A stretch of DNA of 64,000 nucleotides, taken from IMG/VR virus record IMGVR_UViG_3300013233_000093, positions 158,907 through 222,906 of that record, one strand, 5' to 3'. Below, one piece after another: positions 45,995 through 56,067 of this stretch. Within the stretch, counting starts at the first letter, position 1. Each line of letters starts with the position of its first letter. Both the position numbers and the translations under genes were made by a program. Under the pieces are notes generated by a model that was not told the DNA's origin, did no database searches, and worked only from the letters and a program-made list of their open reading frames with translations.

Positions 45995-47327
45995 GGTACC
46001 TGAGGTAGCGGCGGAGTCGTGTGAAGTGTATGTGGATGGTGGATCTGCACCTACTAATCCTGGACCAGGGTCTTGGGGGTTTTACGGGAAGTCCAGTGAT
46101 GGACTGGAGTATAATGCATGCGGTCACTGTGGGGATCACGTGACGAACAACCGTGCTGAGTTAACTGGGTATATCCGTGTATTGGAGACGGCGATTCATC
46201 AACGCTGGAAACAAGTACACGTTATCTTTGACAGCATGTACGTTTTGAAGGGTTCTTCTGAATGGATGGCTAAGTGGATCAAAGCCGGTTGGAAGAAGTC
46301 TTCGGGCGACGCCATATCGAATCGTGATGGCTGGGAGCGTGTGAATCAACTTCAGATCCATTTGAAGTCAGAAGGCGTTAAGGTGACACGGCAATGGGTG
46401 AAGGGTCACAGTGGCGTAGAAGGTAACGAGATCGCGGATCAGCTTGTGCATAAGGCAAGACAGGCTGCTAAGAACGGCGAGAAGCGTGACGTTATTACCA
46501 TGAAGACCGAGAAGGAAGTCAAACGTAAACCTAAGGCGTCTGTGTACAACAAGTTGCTGGCTGGTAAGACGATGTTGTTTTACACCAATGCACCTCGTAT
46601 AATGGAAGACGGCTACCACGTATACACAATGAACAGTTACTACGGAAAGAATCCGCTAGGTGAACTGCATGGCGTAGACAGCGTAGATGCACATTACTCT
46701 GTGATTATGACCAAAGATCCTGTAACGCAGATAGACGACATTATGCGGGTGCAAGATAAAGTCACTCCTGATGACTTCGTACATCCAGTAGCTGCTATTA
46801 TGTCCAGTATCGTGAAGCCTGTAAACTGGGAAGTGTTGACTGAAACTAAGGGCGTCCATTTAAAGCACCGTAGGCTATCCCTAGAGACGATGGAAGGAGA
46901 ACCCATCACCAACTACATCCGACCGCCTAGAACCGCTTACATGGCAATGGACAAGCTCTCATTCATGATCGGACAGCTCACGTCGATACGTGAAGACAGT
47001 ATTGGTAAAGATAAACTGCACGACGTCACAGACTTGTTCTACGAAAAGGATAAGAAAGGCAATCTAAAGATCACAGAAGGTCTAAAGTCACAGTCGATTA
47101 AGATACCCGTAAAGATGTGCGGTAAAACCGTATCACTTACGCTATCCCTAGGCATTGACATTCCACCACGTAATAACTTTACCGCCATAGGTAAGGCAAC
47201 AAAAGACATAAAGATTCAGATCTATACGTACGATGCAATGAAGAATAACTTTCGTTACGGATTAGTAATAACCACAGATGATGATTACGCGCTCTATCGG
47301 AGCTCTGCCAATTTAAAGATGGTGTAA
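45978..47327 (+). CDS. rnhA: Ribonuclease HI with phiKZ-type C-terminal extension
   Basis: YVDGG..NPGPG, TNNRAEL, DSMYV, WVKGHSGVEGNEIAD. Confidence 0.93.
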   Translation: MLSAIEVPEVAAESCEVYVDGGSAPTNPGPGSWGFYGKSSDGLEYNACGHCGDHVTNNRAELTGYIRVLETAIHQRWKQVHVIFDSMYVLKGSSEWMAKWIKAGWKKSSGDAISNRDGWERVNQLQIHLKSEGVKVTRQWVKGHSGVEGNEIADQLVHKARQAAKNGEKRDVITMKTEKEVKRKPKASVYNKLLAGKTMLFYTNAPRIMEDGYHVYTMNSYYGKNPLGELHGVDSVDAHYSVIMTKDPVTQIDDIMRVQDKVTPDDFVHPVAAIMSSIVKPVNWEVLTETKGVHLKHRRLSLETMEGEPITNYIRPPRTAYMAMDKLSFMIGQLTSIREDSIGKDKLHDVTDLFYEKDKKGNLKITEGLKSQSIKIPVKMCGKTVSLTLSLGIDIPPRNNFTAIGKATKDIKIQIYTYDAMKNNFRYGLVITTDDDYALYRSSANLKMV

Positions 47328-47335
47328 AAGCCATC

Positions 47336-47365
47336 CATCCACTGACTCCTAGGAGTCAGTGGATG
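47336..47365. terminator. Perfect 30-bp palindrome between convergent genes
   Basis: CATCCACTGACTCCTAGGAGTCAGTGGATG. Confidence 0.8.
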
Positions 47366-47374
47366 TTGTGCTGT

Positions 47375-48748
47375 TTAGTCGGTAGCGCCTAAGACGTCGG
47401 TTAGAATCTCCTCCGTCATTTTGGAGTAAATAGTCAATGCGTTATTGGCGCGTGATATGATAATCAAGAACTCTTTAATGAACAACAAGAGGACTTTATT
47501 AATCGTAAGGTACATACGTCGTAACTTACTCATCTCAGCGACCACTGTGGTTTTCTTGTTGTTTTTCCACCCGCCGTTTACCATCTTCACCGCTTCATCA
47601 CGGAAACCACCAACAAGCTTCCATGCGTCCTTTACAGACTTCTCTGTCTTAGCCATTAACACATCAAAGCTTTTAGCCTTCCACGCAATCTGTCCTTTAC
47701 TTTGTATGAACAAAGAAGTAGGTTCACTGGCATGCGTTGTTACGCGCATCACGTCAACCGTGCCGTCATCGTGATACAGGAGACGGATGCGTTTCTTTGC
47801 CATCAGCAATTCGGTGTCGTATGCGTTGCCCTGTACATGGGTTGCTTCGTGCATTCTAAAGATCGCAGGCAGTTCTTCGGTTAACGCCGTTTGCAACAAC
47901 TCTTGATGCTCGACTAGGCCACCCAGTACTTCATCTTCATCGTCACTAGAGAAGCTGCCTTTCTTTTTGAACTCTGCTAGAAACTTAGTCGCGGCGATAT
48001 CTGCTTGTCGAACTGACGCAAACAGTTTAGAAAGTCCTTCGATTGCCCGTGTGTTAATCGCGGCCTTTAACGTGCGCTCTGCTTCTGCCGTGTTCATACG
48101 GTTAATGTCGTCTTCCGTAGCAGGATAGCTGGTAGCCAACACACCGAGCTGTTGTTTGTACTTGTCAGTCAATGACTTGTACAGCTTTATCTCAGTGATT
48201 GCGACGGCTACTGCATCACGAGGTTCTGACTTTTCCTTATTGGGTTCGGACGCAGACGTATCTTGTCCAGCAGAACCTGCCTTAGAGACAGTCTCTGTTG
48301 TATCCTTAGCACGGACTTTCTCTTCTGTGTTGACTTCCTGCACCTTTTTAGCAGTGACTTCGTCTAACACATTAGAACCTGCCTTCTTACCTACCGCAGC
48401 TGCTTTTGGAATGGCCTTGGCGTCTGCCTTATCCCGGGCACCCATGTCCCCACCGACCTTGCCTTTAGTCTTCGGCGATTTCTTTTTATACTCACCACCA
48501 GCGACGTTATGTGGTGGGAATGTGGTACCACTAAACAACCAGTCGAAGAACTTTGTAATCCACGATCCCACTTTGCGTATGGCTGCGATAATGGCGTCCC
48601 ACACGGCTTTGACCATACGGCCAAATGCCTGTGTACCTGCCATTACACGTTCTATGTCAGCATGCATGGAATCGCCCTCGCTGGTGCGATGTCCCATCAA
48701 TCTATCCAACTCAGCACACGCGCTTTCTAATGAAGCTTCGATGGTCAT
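47375..48748 (-). CDS. Internal head protein paralog
   Basis: AGTQ-AFGRMVKAVWDAII...WLFSG. Confidence 0.7.
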   Translation of the reverse strand: MTIEASLESACAELDRLMGHRTSEGDSMHADIERVMAGTQAFGRMVKAVWDAIIAAIRKVGSWITKFFDWLFSGTTFPPHNVAGGEYKKKSPKTKGKVGGDMGARDKADAKAIPKAAAVGKKAGSNVLDEVTAKKVQEVNTEEKVRAKDTTETVSKAGSAGQDTSASEPNKEKSEPRDAVAVAITEIKLYKSLTDKYKQQLGVLATSYPATEDDINRMNTAEAERTLKAAINTRAIEGLSKLFASVRQADIAATKFLAEFKKKGSFSSDDEDEVLGGLVEHQELLQTALTEELPAIFRMHEATHVQGNAYDTELLMAKKRIRLLYHDDGTVDVMRVTTHASEPTSLFIQSKGQIAWKAKSFDVLMAKTEKSVKDAWKLVGGFRDEAVKMVNGGWKNNKKTTVVAEMSKLRRMYLTINKVLLLFIKEFLIIISRANNALTIYSKMTEEILTDVLGATD

Positions 48749-49575
48749 AGTACGTCCTCCAATACATCCACAGTACGGTTATGCGCTGCGATGGCTGCAC
48801 GGGTGTTATACACCAGTACACCTAACAGCTCGGTTTCTTTTGCAGCGGTCTCTACCATGGCGACCAGTAACCGGATTGTGTTTTTATTCTTAGACGCAAT
48901 GCCGGGTTCTTCTTCTACCACTTCCACATACTCGCGAATGGCTTCGGACAGCATTAACTCTGACTTAGCCAGGTCTTTAAGATCAAGGTCATCAATGAGA
49001 TCGTAAAGATCTTCGATTAACTGATTGGCTGTTTCGAAGTCTCTGCCTGACCGATAGACCTTATCAAACCGTGCAGTACCGTTGCCCTCACTACGACGGA
49101 CATCTGTGTTGTACGCGACACCAAGTGACTTGACGATTTTACTCACGTCCCGGACTTCCACGTCCTTAGGTGCCCACAGTTCATTTTGTTCGCGAGTCGT
49201 GGTGACTGCATGCTCGAAGTATTTACGTAACGGGATATACACGCGTTGTTCTATGTCTTGGATTTCCCGCACAGCGGAGATCATAGCTTCGTAATGCGGC
49301 ACGACTTCTCCCACCATATCCAGTGGCACACTGATTGCCAGATCTTCGTACATAGACGGGCTGATCGTCTGCATCACACGCGCAGCCGACTTCCCGTTTT
49401 TAGGTTTGGTGCGCAAGGGCACAAACAACAGCGCGACGTCATTAGCTATGGAACGCAGTGCCTTGCCAATCGCCTTAAAGCCATTTACAACGCTGTCCCA
49501 AATCTTACCCTGTCCGCCGAACACTGACGCATCCTGCGTACGATCCAGGTACGCTTTCATTTCATAAGAACGCAT
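48745..49575 (-). CDS. Virion/head protein (phiKZ gp153-like position)
   Basis: GAGGAGG RBS before ATG 49575; FGGQ-GKIWDSVV helix. Confidence 0.65.
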   Translation of the reverse strand: MRSYEMKAYLDRTQDASVFGGQGKIWDSVVNGFKAIGKALRSIANDVALLFVPLRTKPKNGKSAARVMQTISPSMYEDLAISVPLDMVGEVVPHYEAMISAVREIQDIEQRVYIPLRKYFEHAVTTTREQNELWAPKDVEVRDVSKIVKSLGVAYNTDVRRSEGNGTARFDKVYRSGRDFETANQLIEDLYDLIDDLDLKDLAKSELMLSEAIREYVEVVEEEPGIASKNKNTIRLLVAMVETAAKETELLGVLVYNTRAAIAAHNRTVDVLEDVL

Positions 49576-49886
49576 TACACGCCCTCCTCTCTTAGTTAGT
49601 AAGTCCAGTCGGACAATTAAATCGTCTATACCGCGCACTACCCAGTCTGTAAAAACCCTGCTTAAGTGCATCATTGGCGTTTGTGTCGCATACAAGAACG
49701 AAGTAGCATTCCATGCGATAAACGCATCGGTGTTCTTTAGCTTGTTATAAACGCATTCCGTGCGACGGAGACCATCTTACATAGTCCATGCCCCACCTCG
49801 CGTCAATCACTCTTCCGGGATAGGCAATCCATCCAAGGCGCCTTCGTAATCAGTATGCATGCGCTTCTCCACAAGTGGCCGCTGGG

Positions 49887-51116
49887 CTAACTTTCGGTTC
49901 TGTTTTCATACACATCCACGATTTGTTTAAGCAGTTTGTACCGGATCTCTAATTCTCGTGCGTACGCAGATCCAACTTTAACTATATAATTGGAAAGGTT
50001 CTTCACCAGAGTAAGCTCCCCCAGGTAATACTTGATAAGCATCGAAATAAACACAACGTCTTCGTCTGCTGCGTTGGGATTACCTGCCCTTGCCATAACC
50101 AGTTCGTCCACGATCTTGCTGAATGCCAGTCCCCACGCGTCTAGCACGGCACATATGTCACCGGCTTTAAGCCAAGCGCTTCCCCAGTCCTTGTCAGTGA
50201 ACTCTTTACCAAAAACGAATCGTGATACCTCCGGTTCGTTAGAAAAGTCATTATCTGGAGCAATCGTTATACCAGGTGTTGCCTTCCCTCTAACATAATC
50301 TACCTTTATGGCGACGGACGCACCAGTTCCTGGCAACTTGAAGTTTGTTTCAAACTTAATATCTTCACCAGACGTCGTGCGGTGCGTGGTTCCTGCAGCA
50401 TTGTCCCAGTCACGATGCCTTTGTTTCAAGTGCCACTCGAATTGTTCCGACGCTATTACTGCACCATCCGCGCCACTCGGCTGGTACTTCTGTAGAGTGT
50501 CGCTCTTATTAAATATGTCTCCGTATGCAAGTAACGCCTGCACCCCCCTACCGTCCCACGGACCCCAGTCTACGGCGCCGTCTTTTATAATTAACGTTTT
50601 CTCGATCTCTAGCCTAGAAAAGGTACCAAAGGACTCTATTTCATCAATCACACTTGATTCAGGATACGCTGGCTCAACTACCATATTCAACCCAGCGACG
50701 TCTAAGATGGTTTTCTTAGATATCTTACCCGGACCTACAAGTGACGCCGCCTTGGGTAAGATGTTCAAGCATTTATGCCGATACGTATCGATCATGTTAA
50801 CCACCGCGCCCGCCTTGCCGCCAACCTTTACATATTTGTCTTCGTACACAGACCCGGGTACGCCGTTCTTACCAGACTTCTTACCACCTGTAAGCCATGC
50901 AAAGAAACGTTTTACTTGTTTCTTTACAAAATCCACTGCGCGCATCACCGCTTTCCAAATGGACGATGCAATTTTCTTAATGCCCTGCGTTCCTATTTGG
51001 GAAGCATATGGGATGTTGTTTACTGAGCCAAGTTGCGTCAACAATACAGTAGCGTCTGCAATGCTGGTGTCGAAACTCTCTGATAGTTCATCTTCGTAAA
51101 GCGTATAAGCAGTCAC
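49887..51116 (-). CDS. Internal head protein paralog
   Basis: IGTQ-GIKKIASSIWKAV...WLTGGKKS..PGSVYE. Confidence 0.7.
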   Translation of the reverse strand: MTAYTLYEDELSESFDTSIADATVLLTQLGSVNNIPYASQIGTQGIKKIASSIWKAVMRAVDFVKKQVKRFFAWLTGGKKSGKNGVPGSVYEDKYVKVGGKAGAVVNMIDTYRHKCLNILPKAASLVGPGKISKKTILDVAGLNMVVEPAYPESSVIDEIESFGTFSRLEIEKTLIIKDGAVDWGPWDGRGVQALLAYGDIFNKSDTLQKYQPSGADGAVIASEQFEWHLKQRHRDWDNAAGTTHRTTSGEDIKFETNFKLPGTGASVAIKVDYVRGKATPGITIAPDNDFSNEPEVSRFVFGKEFTDKDWGSAWLKAGDICAVLDAWGLAFSKIVDELVMARAGNPNAADEDVVFISMLIKYYLGELTLVKNLSNYIVKVGSAYARELEIRYKLLKQIVDVYENRTES

Positions 51117-51198
51117 GATCTTTCCTTTATTTGTAGGGTATTTGGTATCTCATGAAGAGCGGTCACCCGCATGACATATTATCAAATAGGAGAAACAT

Positions 51199-52620
51199 AT
51201 GTACGAGGATTTTTCACCGGCTCCGCGCACAGTACCAATGCCAAACCTTGGCTGTCTGTTAGACGTGCCCACTGGGAGTTTCGTAGAAGGTCTAAGGGGG
51301 GAGATGATCCTAAACGGCGGGATGCCCGCCATCAGTTCTTTGGCAGGTCCAGGTAACGCAGGTAAGTCTGAAATCGCCTTTTACATCTGCGCGACTATCC
51401 TTGGTCGTTATAAGAACAGTCATTGGCATTACTATGACACCGAGTGCAGCACCACTTACGGACGTATCGAACGTTTGTTGGCACGTTATCCTGAGTTTGA
51501 TGACATCGACATTTCCGAACCTAATAAACGTTTTATTATGGTGAAGTCAGATCAAGTCATGGGCGACGTATGGTTTGATAAGATCCAGAAGTTCTTATTA
51601 GGTCGTATTAAGGACAAGAAGAAGCATCAAGTGGCCATGCCCTTTAAGACGCCTTCTGGTGGACCGCTAATGGGCTATCAGCCACTGGCCTTACTGGTAG
51701 ACTCGCTCACTGAGTTTAAGGTGTCTGCGGTACAGACAAAGCTTGTGGATAAAAACAACGTGGGTGATTCAGGCCAGAACATGGTCTTTATGTTAGACGG
51801 CAAAGCTAAGACGATCTTTATGTCACAACTGCCTAACATCGCAGCACGGTCTGGCACCCAGTGGTTGCTCGTGGCACACATTGGCATGAAGCATGAGTTA
51901 GATCCTTACGCACCTAAGGCACCTACACTGACGCATGCACGTGCAGGTCGTAAAGCTAAAGGTGTTCCTGAGAAGTTCAGTCTCATCAACGGACATCTGG
52001 TCGAAATCAGTAACTCTGTAGTGCTGAAGAACAGCAGTAAAGACACCTCGGCTAAATACCCACTCACAGCTACGGATAGAGAGCAAGACTGTAAAGACCT
52101 GATGGCCATCAACTCCATCAGCACTCGCAACAAAACAGGTCCGTCTGGTGTTGGGTATCAGTTCTTGACGACGCAGTCTGGTGGTGTGGACGCGGCACTG
52201 TCTGAGTTTAACTACTTACGTGAGCATAACGAGAACACAGCCGCTTGGGGCATGTCTGGTAATGTACAGAACTACCACCTAGACTTGCTTCCAGAAGTGA
52301 CCGTATCCCGTACCACGGTACGTAAAGTCATCGACGAGAACGCGAAGTTCCGCAGAGCACTTACGCTGACCACGGATCTACATCAGATCATTTCTTTGTG
52401 GGGTGGCGACCAGACCAAGTTTGACCACACACTTATTGTCCCACTGTCGCAACTGCACACCGATCTTAAAGAGATGGGATACGACTGGGATGATTTACTT
52501 AACACACGCCCTTACTGGCTTCCTGTAGACGAAGAAGAAGGCGAGCTACCTTACATTAGCATCTACGATTTGTTTCGTATGCGTGCTAAACTATACGTGC
52601 CTTACTGGCACGATAAATAA
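51199..52620 (+). CDS. uvsX: UvsX/RecA-like recombinase (phiKZ type)
   Basis: NLGCLLDVPTG, GPGNAGKS Walker A, YDTE, LLVDSL Walker B, RNKTGPSG. Confidence 0.88.
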   Translation: MYEDFSPAPRTVPMPNLGCLLDVPTGSFVEGLRGEMILNGGMPAISSLAGPGNAGKSEIAFYICATILGRYKNSHWHYYDTECSTTYGRIERLLARYPEFDDIDISEPNKRFIMVKSDQVMGDVWFDKIQKFLLGRIKDKKKHQVAMPFKTPSGGPLMGYQPLALLVDSLTEFKVSAVQTKLVDKNNVGDSGQNMVFMLDGKAKTIFMSQLPNIAARSGTQWLLVAHIGMKHELDPYAPKAPTLTHARAGRKAKGVPEKFSLINGHLVEISNSVVLKNSSKDTSAKYPLTATDREQDCKDLMAINSISTRNKTGPSGVGYQFLTTQSGGVDAALSEFNYLREHNENTAAWGMSGNVQNYHLDLLPEVTVSRTTVRKVIDENAKFRRALTLTTDLHQIISLWGGDQTKFDHTLIVPLSQLHTDLKEMGYDWDDLLNTRPYWLPVDEEEGELPYISIYDLFRMRAKLYVPYWHDK

Positions 52621-52630
52621 TGGAGGATTT

Positions 52631-52984
52631 ATGAGCATTCTCGTAAACCAGATACACATGAACTTGTTGTCCCATGTGGACAATGACTCGGCGGAGATCT
52701 TTATGGCAGACGTTACGTTTGCCCTGGGCGACATGGACACCATCAGCACGCGTTATCACGCTGGTTTAGTACGTACATGGCTTGGCAGTTACTGGATATC
52801 TCAGATCAACGCCATTGGCCTAGATACGACGCACGTCTCACACGCACTCTTATACGGAGGTAACAACGAGACGTTTATCTCCATCTTCACCACCAGTGTT
52901 TTGCCCATGATTATGGAAGTGGGGTTATCTCCCATGCAAATGCCGTTACCTATGGAGGTGCGTCATGAGCAGGCAAGCTGCTGA
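52631..52984 (+). CDS. Hypothetical protein
   Basis: GGAGG RBS. Confidence 0.75.
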   Translation: MSILVNQIHMNLLSHVDNDSAEIFMADVTFALGDMDTISTRYHAGLVRTWLGSYWISQINAIGLDTTHVSHALLYGGNNETFISIFTTSVLPMIMEVGLSPMQMPLPMEVRHEQASC

Positions 52985-53633
52985 GAAGCTTATCATCAAG
53001 TGGGTGAGTGAGTTGGAGAACGGCACTGAAAACGCCGCTCGCTACAAGGAGCTGTTTAAAGGCATGTCCAACAGTGCCTTTGAGACACTGATGATCTCCT
53101 TCCGTGACAAGAAAGCGTACGTAGGGATGGTGGTACCTAACTCGGGTAAGATAAAGTTATCCGCTAAGCGCTCGCAGGACGTGTGTGCTAAGTTAGGCGT
53201 TAAGTTATTCCAACGCATCATTTACACCGATGTGTCCAGTGGTGAGAAGCTACTGACGCCACGTAAGTACATGGTGTATCACCTTACCCAACGCAGACAG
53301 AACCAACATCTTGTGAAGAAGAAGTCCATACCTAAATCGGATACGGTTATCGACAACATGACGGGGCAGGTGACTGGCGGCGATAAAGGTTCTCGCATGT
53401 CCATGCCCGAGACACTGGTGCTTAGTGGTAAGGGCATAGAGCACGGGCTAGTGGAAATGCTTAAAGTCCGCGGCGGCGACCGGGAAGCCAGTTATGCAAT
53501 GAAGAAGTCGCTGCGTGAAACAGGTGGCTTTAGTCTGGCACCTATTGTAGACGCAGGCACGAAACCCACTTCGGTTAAAACACTGGCGGCTTTACTGAAG
53601 GCAATGCATCTTGATAACACATTGGGGAAATAG
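52965..53633 (+). CDS. Virion RNA polymerase beta subunit C-terminal part (phiKZ gp149-like)
   Basis: RRQNQHLVKKKSIP, TGQVTG..KGSRMSMPE, EMLKVRGGD. Confidence 0.85.
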   Translation: MSRQAAEKLIIKWVSELENGTENAARYKELFKGMSNSAFETLMISFRDKKAYVGMVVPNSGKIKLSAKRSQDVCAKLGVKLFQRIIYTDVSSGEKLLTPRKYMVYHLTQRRQNQHLVKKKSIPKSDTVIDNMTGQVTGGDKGSRMSMPETLVLSGKGIEHGLVEMLKVRGGDREASYAMKKSLRETGGFSLAPIVDAGTKPTSVKTLAALLKAMHLDNTLGK

Positions 53634-53636
53634 CAC

Positions 53637-54089
53637 ATGTCCATAGTAGATCTAGCAAGAGATGTACTGAGTCAAGTGTACAGTAGTTTACACATGCATG
53701 ATAAACATTTACGGTCTGCTGGTCGTAGTAAAACGTTTCGGCAGTTGTACGATTATGCCATAAGTACGATCGAGCCGGTAACTGTGATCGGTGACATCGA
53801 TGCGCAGAATGCGATTTACGAAAGTATGGGGGACGTGTCGGACGGTTACATGTTGATATGGGGTAACATGATGACTGTCTCTCCTGAGTTACGCGGCAAG
53901 GTGAAGGTTCTGGCGGATGCCCTTGCAGTCACAGCACCGCTGTATTACGGCACTGATGTAGAAGATGTGGCGGTGGCTGTAGCAAGCGAGTTTAAAGGGT
54001 TTCCCCAGTTGATGGTAATTGCGTTAACCAGATTACTTACACCAGACCACATGCAGGACATAATGCGAGGACAATCTACAGATGAATAA
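53637..54089 (+). CDS. Hypothetical protein
   Basis: Operon continuity. Confidence 0.7.
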   Translation: MSIVDLARDVLSQVYSSLHMHDKHLRSAGRSKTFRQLYDYAISTIEPVTVIGDIDAQNAIYESMGDVSDGYMLIWGNMMTVSPELRGKVKVLADALAVTAPLYYGTDVEDVAVAVASEFKGFPQLMVIALTRLLTPDHMQDIMRGQSTDE

Positions 54090-54798
54090 GACCGCTACGT
54101 TTCTTGTAAGTATGGATTCGCTAATGGATACATTTCTTGGTACAATCGCAGGCATTAACTACGATCATGCAGAAGCGTTACTAGCCAGTGGTAAGTATCA
54201 CACACGTGCCTCTAACAAGGTGGAGATGTTTGTCCCAGAGATCGACGGTGAACTGGTGCGTAAGGTCTACAAGATACGCGACCGCAGTACGCTGTTTTAC
54301 AGCGGCATGACCAACATGGTAGGTGTATTGCGCGAGAGCGTCACCACAGCCGTGACCGGCGAGCAGACAAAGCCAGGAAACACAAAGGTGCATTTAGTGA
54401 TTAATACCTGGCCGTACGACCTAAGCGCAGACGAGATAAAAGAACAGGAGATCGTCATATCCGGGCACACCTGCGCATCAAAGGTAACCAGTATTTACCG
54501 ATCACCGGAGGATCTTACCCCGGACTATATATCCGAGTTCGATGCGTTTACATGGCACGAGTTAGACGGCTGGCTTTCGATGCATCTGGATGCGTTGAAA
54601 ACGGGTGTAATGAAGGAAGTCAATTGTTACTTCCCGGTGATCGCGGTGGTGGATGAAGAGGAAGCTGAAGAGATGCATGACGGATACATAGCACACCACG
54701 TCACGCATGCGCTCGGACAGTACTTCGTTTACAATGGCATGCCGTTGCATTACTTTTCCTTGTTTATGCCCACGGAGCATAATGACCAGGCACAATAA
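54082..54798 (+). CDS. Conserved phiKZ-like hypothetical protein
   Basis: DSLMDTFLGTI and INTWPYDLS motifs. Confidence 0.7.
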   Translation: MNKTATFLVSMDSLMDTFLGTIAGINYDHAEALLASGKYHTRASNKVEMFVPEIDGELVRKVYKIRDRSTLFYSGMTNMVGVLRESVTTAVTGEQTKPGNTKVHLVINTWPYDLSADEIKEQEIVISGHTCASKVTSIYRSPEDLTPDYISEFDAFTWHELDGWLSMHLDALKTGVMKEVNCYFPVIAVVDEEEAEEMHDGYIAHHVTHALGQYFVYNGMPLHYFSLFMPTEHNDQAQ

Positions 54799-54814
54799 GC
54801 CTGGTCATATTGAG

Positions 54815-55168
54815 TTAATCCTCACCCATGATTTCTTCATAGGTTATGTTGTCTGCGCCTGTATGGGTTTCACCCTCGCCGACCTCATACGCCTCGAGTA
54901 ACGAATCGTCTACCTCAACGGATCGTGCCACAGGGTTTATCACCTTGACATCCTCTCTTGTCTCGCGCAGCACCGACACCAGGGCTGCTGCGATTTCTTT
55001 AACCGTATCGTCTGCTTTTTCGGCAGACGTTATGCGCATTTGCCCAAGGGACGTATTAGACATCGAGGTCATAAGTGTAACCTTCGCCTTGTCTATAACG
55101 TCATCGGAGTTTAGCATCTGTAAACGCTGCCGCTGTAATTCATCTAACATCTCTTCAGGGGATAACAT
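54815..55168 (-). CDS. Conserved acidic hypothetical protein
   Basis: AGGAG RBS. Confidence 0.7.
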   Translation of the reverse strand: MLSPEEMLDELQRQRLQMLNSDDVIDKAKVTLMTSMSNTSLGQMRITSAEKADDTVKEIAAALVSVLRETREDVKVINPVARSVEVDDSLLEAYEVGEGETHTGADNITYEEIMGED

Positions 55169-55214
55169 AATCCGTCTCCTATGTAAATCGACATAGCATT
55201 AAGCCTCGATGATT

Positions 55215-55240
55215 ATTCAAAACTATATCACTATTATGAT
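55215..55240 (+). promoter_or_regulatory. Early promoter motif
   Basis: Exact 26-nt copy. Confidence 0.8.
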
Positions 55241-55262
55241 ATTCTACTTAGGAAATGTATTG

Positions 55263-55544
55263 ATGTGTGAGATTCGCGTTTACCGTTACAAGACGACTAT
55301 GTCTAAAATGCAGAGTCAGATTCTGCACCAACTAAAGCGTTTGGTTCCAGACGACGAGGTTATCGAGGTACCCAGTTGCATGTACGTTTGGAACGGCAAC
55401 TCATTGATGTTTGGCGGGGAGGATGTAATTCGGCTTGGTGCAGACGTGCCTCAAGAAGAGCCGATAAAGCTGGAGGCCGTTTGTAAGAACGGTGAGTTGG
55501 ATGTAAGTGTACATGCACGGTATCGAGAGGAAATACCATGGTGA
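55263..55544 (+). CDS. Hypothetical protein
   Basis: Start moved downstream of promoter (MCEIRV). Confidence 0.65.
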   Translation: MCEIRVYRYKTTMSKMQSQILHQLKRLVPDDEVIEVPSCMYVWNGNSLMFGGEDVIRLGADVPQEEPIKLEAVCKNGELDVSVHARYREEIPW

Positions 55545-56050
55545 GGGAATGGCTTAACGGTTTAAGGATTGCTCATAAGAAGTATGTACTGCGCGTCTTA
55601 CTTAGTAAGGGCGCAAGCATATCCCATCCACAAGTTGTGGCTGTGTACTGTGAACTGCTTTCGTTAACGCCGGTAGCGGACGTTAACTATAACCGTGTAA
55701 ACAAACTGGAAATAAACACATCTGTGAGGTCGTTGGATCATCTTGCCACGGCGCTGATGGAATCACTGAGATCCTTAAAGGATAGTGGGCGTATTGCATC
55801 TAATGCCAGACATTACTACACAGACGTCACAGAGGTAAACGCGGCCACTTGGCTGCAGACAGAATCGGGAGGAGCGGGAGACGCACGAGGTCTAGTGGAC
55901 CTTGTCGTTTTACGCCTCACCCTTATTTACCAACAGATTAAAAAGAACAACGAAGTATCTATGCACTCGTATGCCTATCGTCAAATGACGTCACTGGCTG
56001 AATGCAATCGTGCTTTGTTGGATCTGTTGGAGCGTATGAATGAACCATAA
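55538..56050 (+). CDS. Hypothetical protein
   Basis: GAGG RBS. Confidence 0.75.
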   Translation: MVREWLNGLRIAHKKYVLRVLLSKGASISHPQVVAVYCELLSLTPVADVNYNRVNKLEINTSVRSLDHLATALMESLRSLKDSGRIASNARHYYTDVTEVNAATWLQTESGGAGDARGLVDLVVLRLTLIYQQIKKNNEVSMHSYAYRQMTSLAECNRALLDLLERMNEP

Positions 56051-56067
56051 AGGAGCTGAGAAGCGAA

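Noticed and set aside
40648-51116. CAG recoded to Glu (all five GXQ sites use CAG)
   Set aside because: CAG encodes a conserved Gln in the RNAP RRQxQ motif and catalytic Glu in RNase H uses GAG; all three stop codons end genes normally
45978-53633. Inteins or introns in RNase H, UvsX or RNAP subunit
   Set aside because: Frames are continuous, no intein splice or LAGLIDADG motifs seen, lengths fit phiKZ-type homologs
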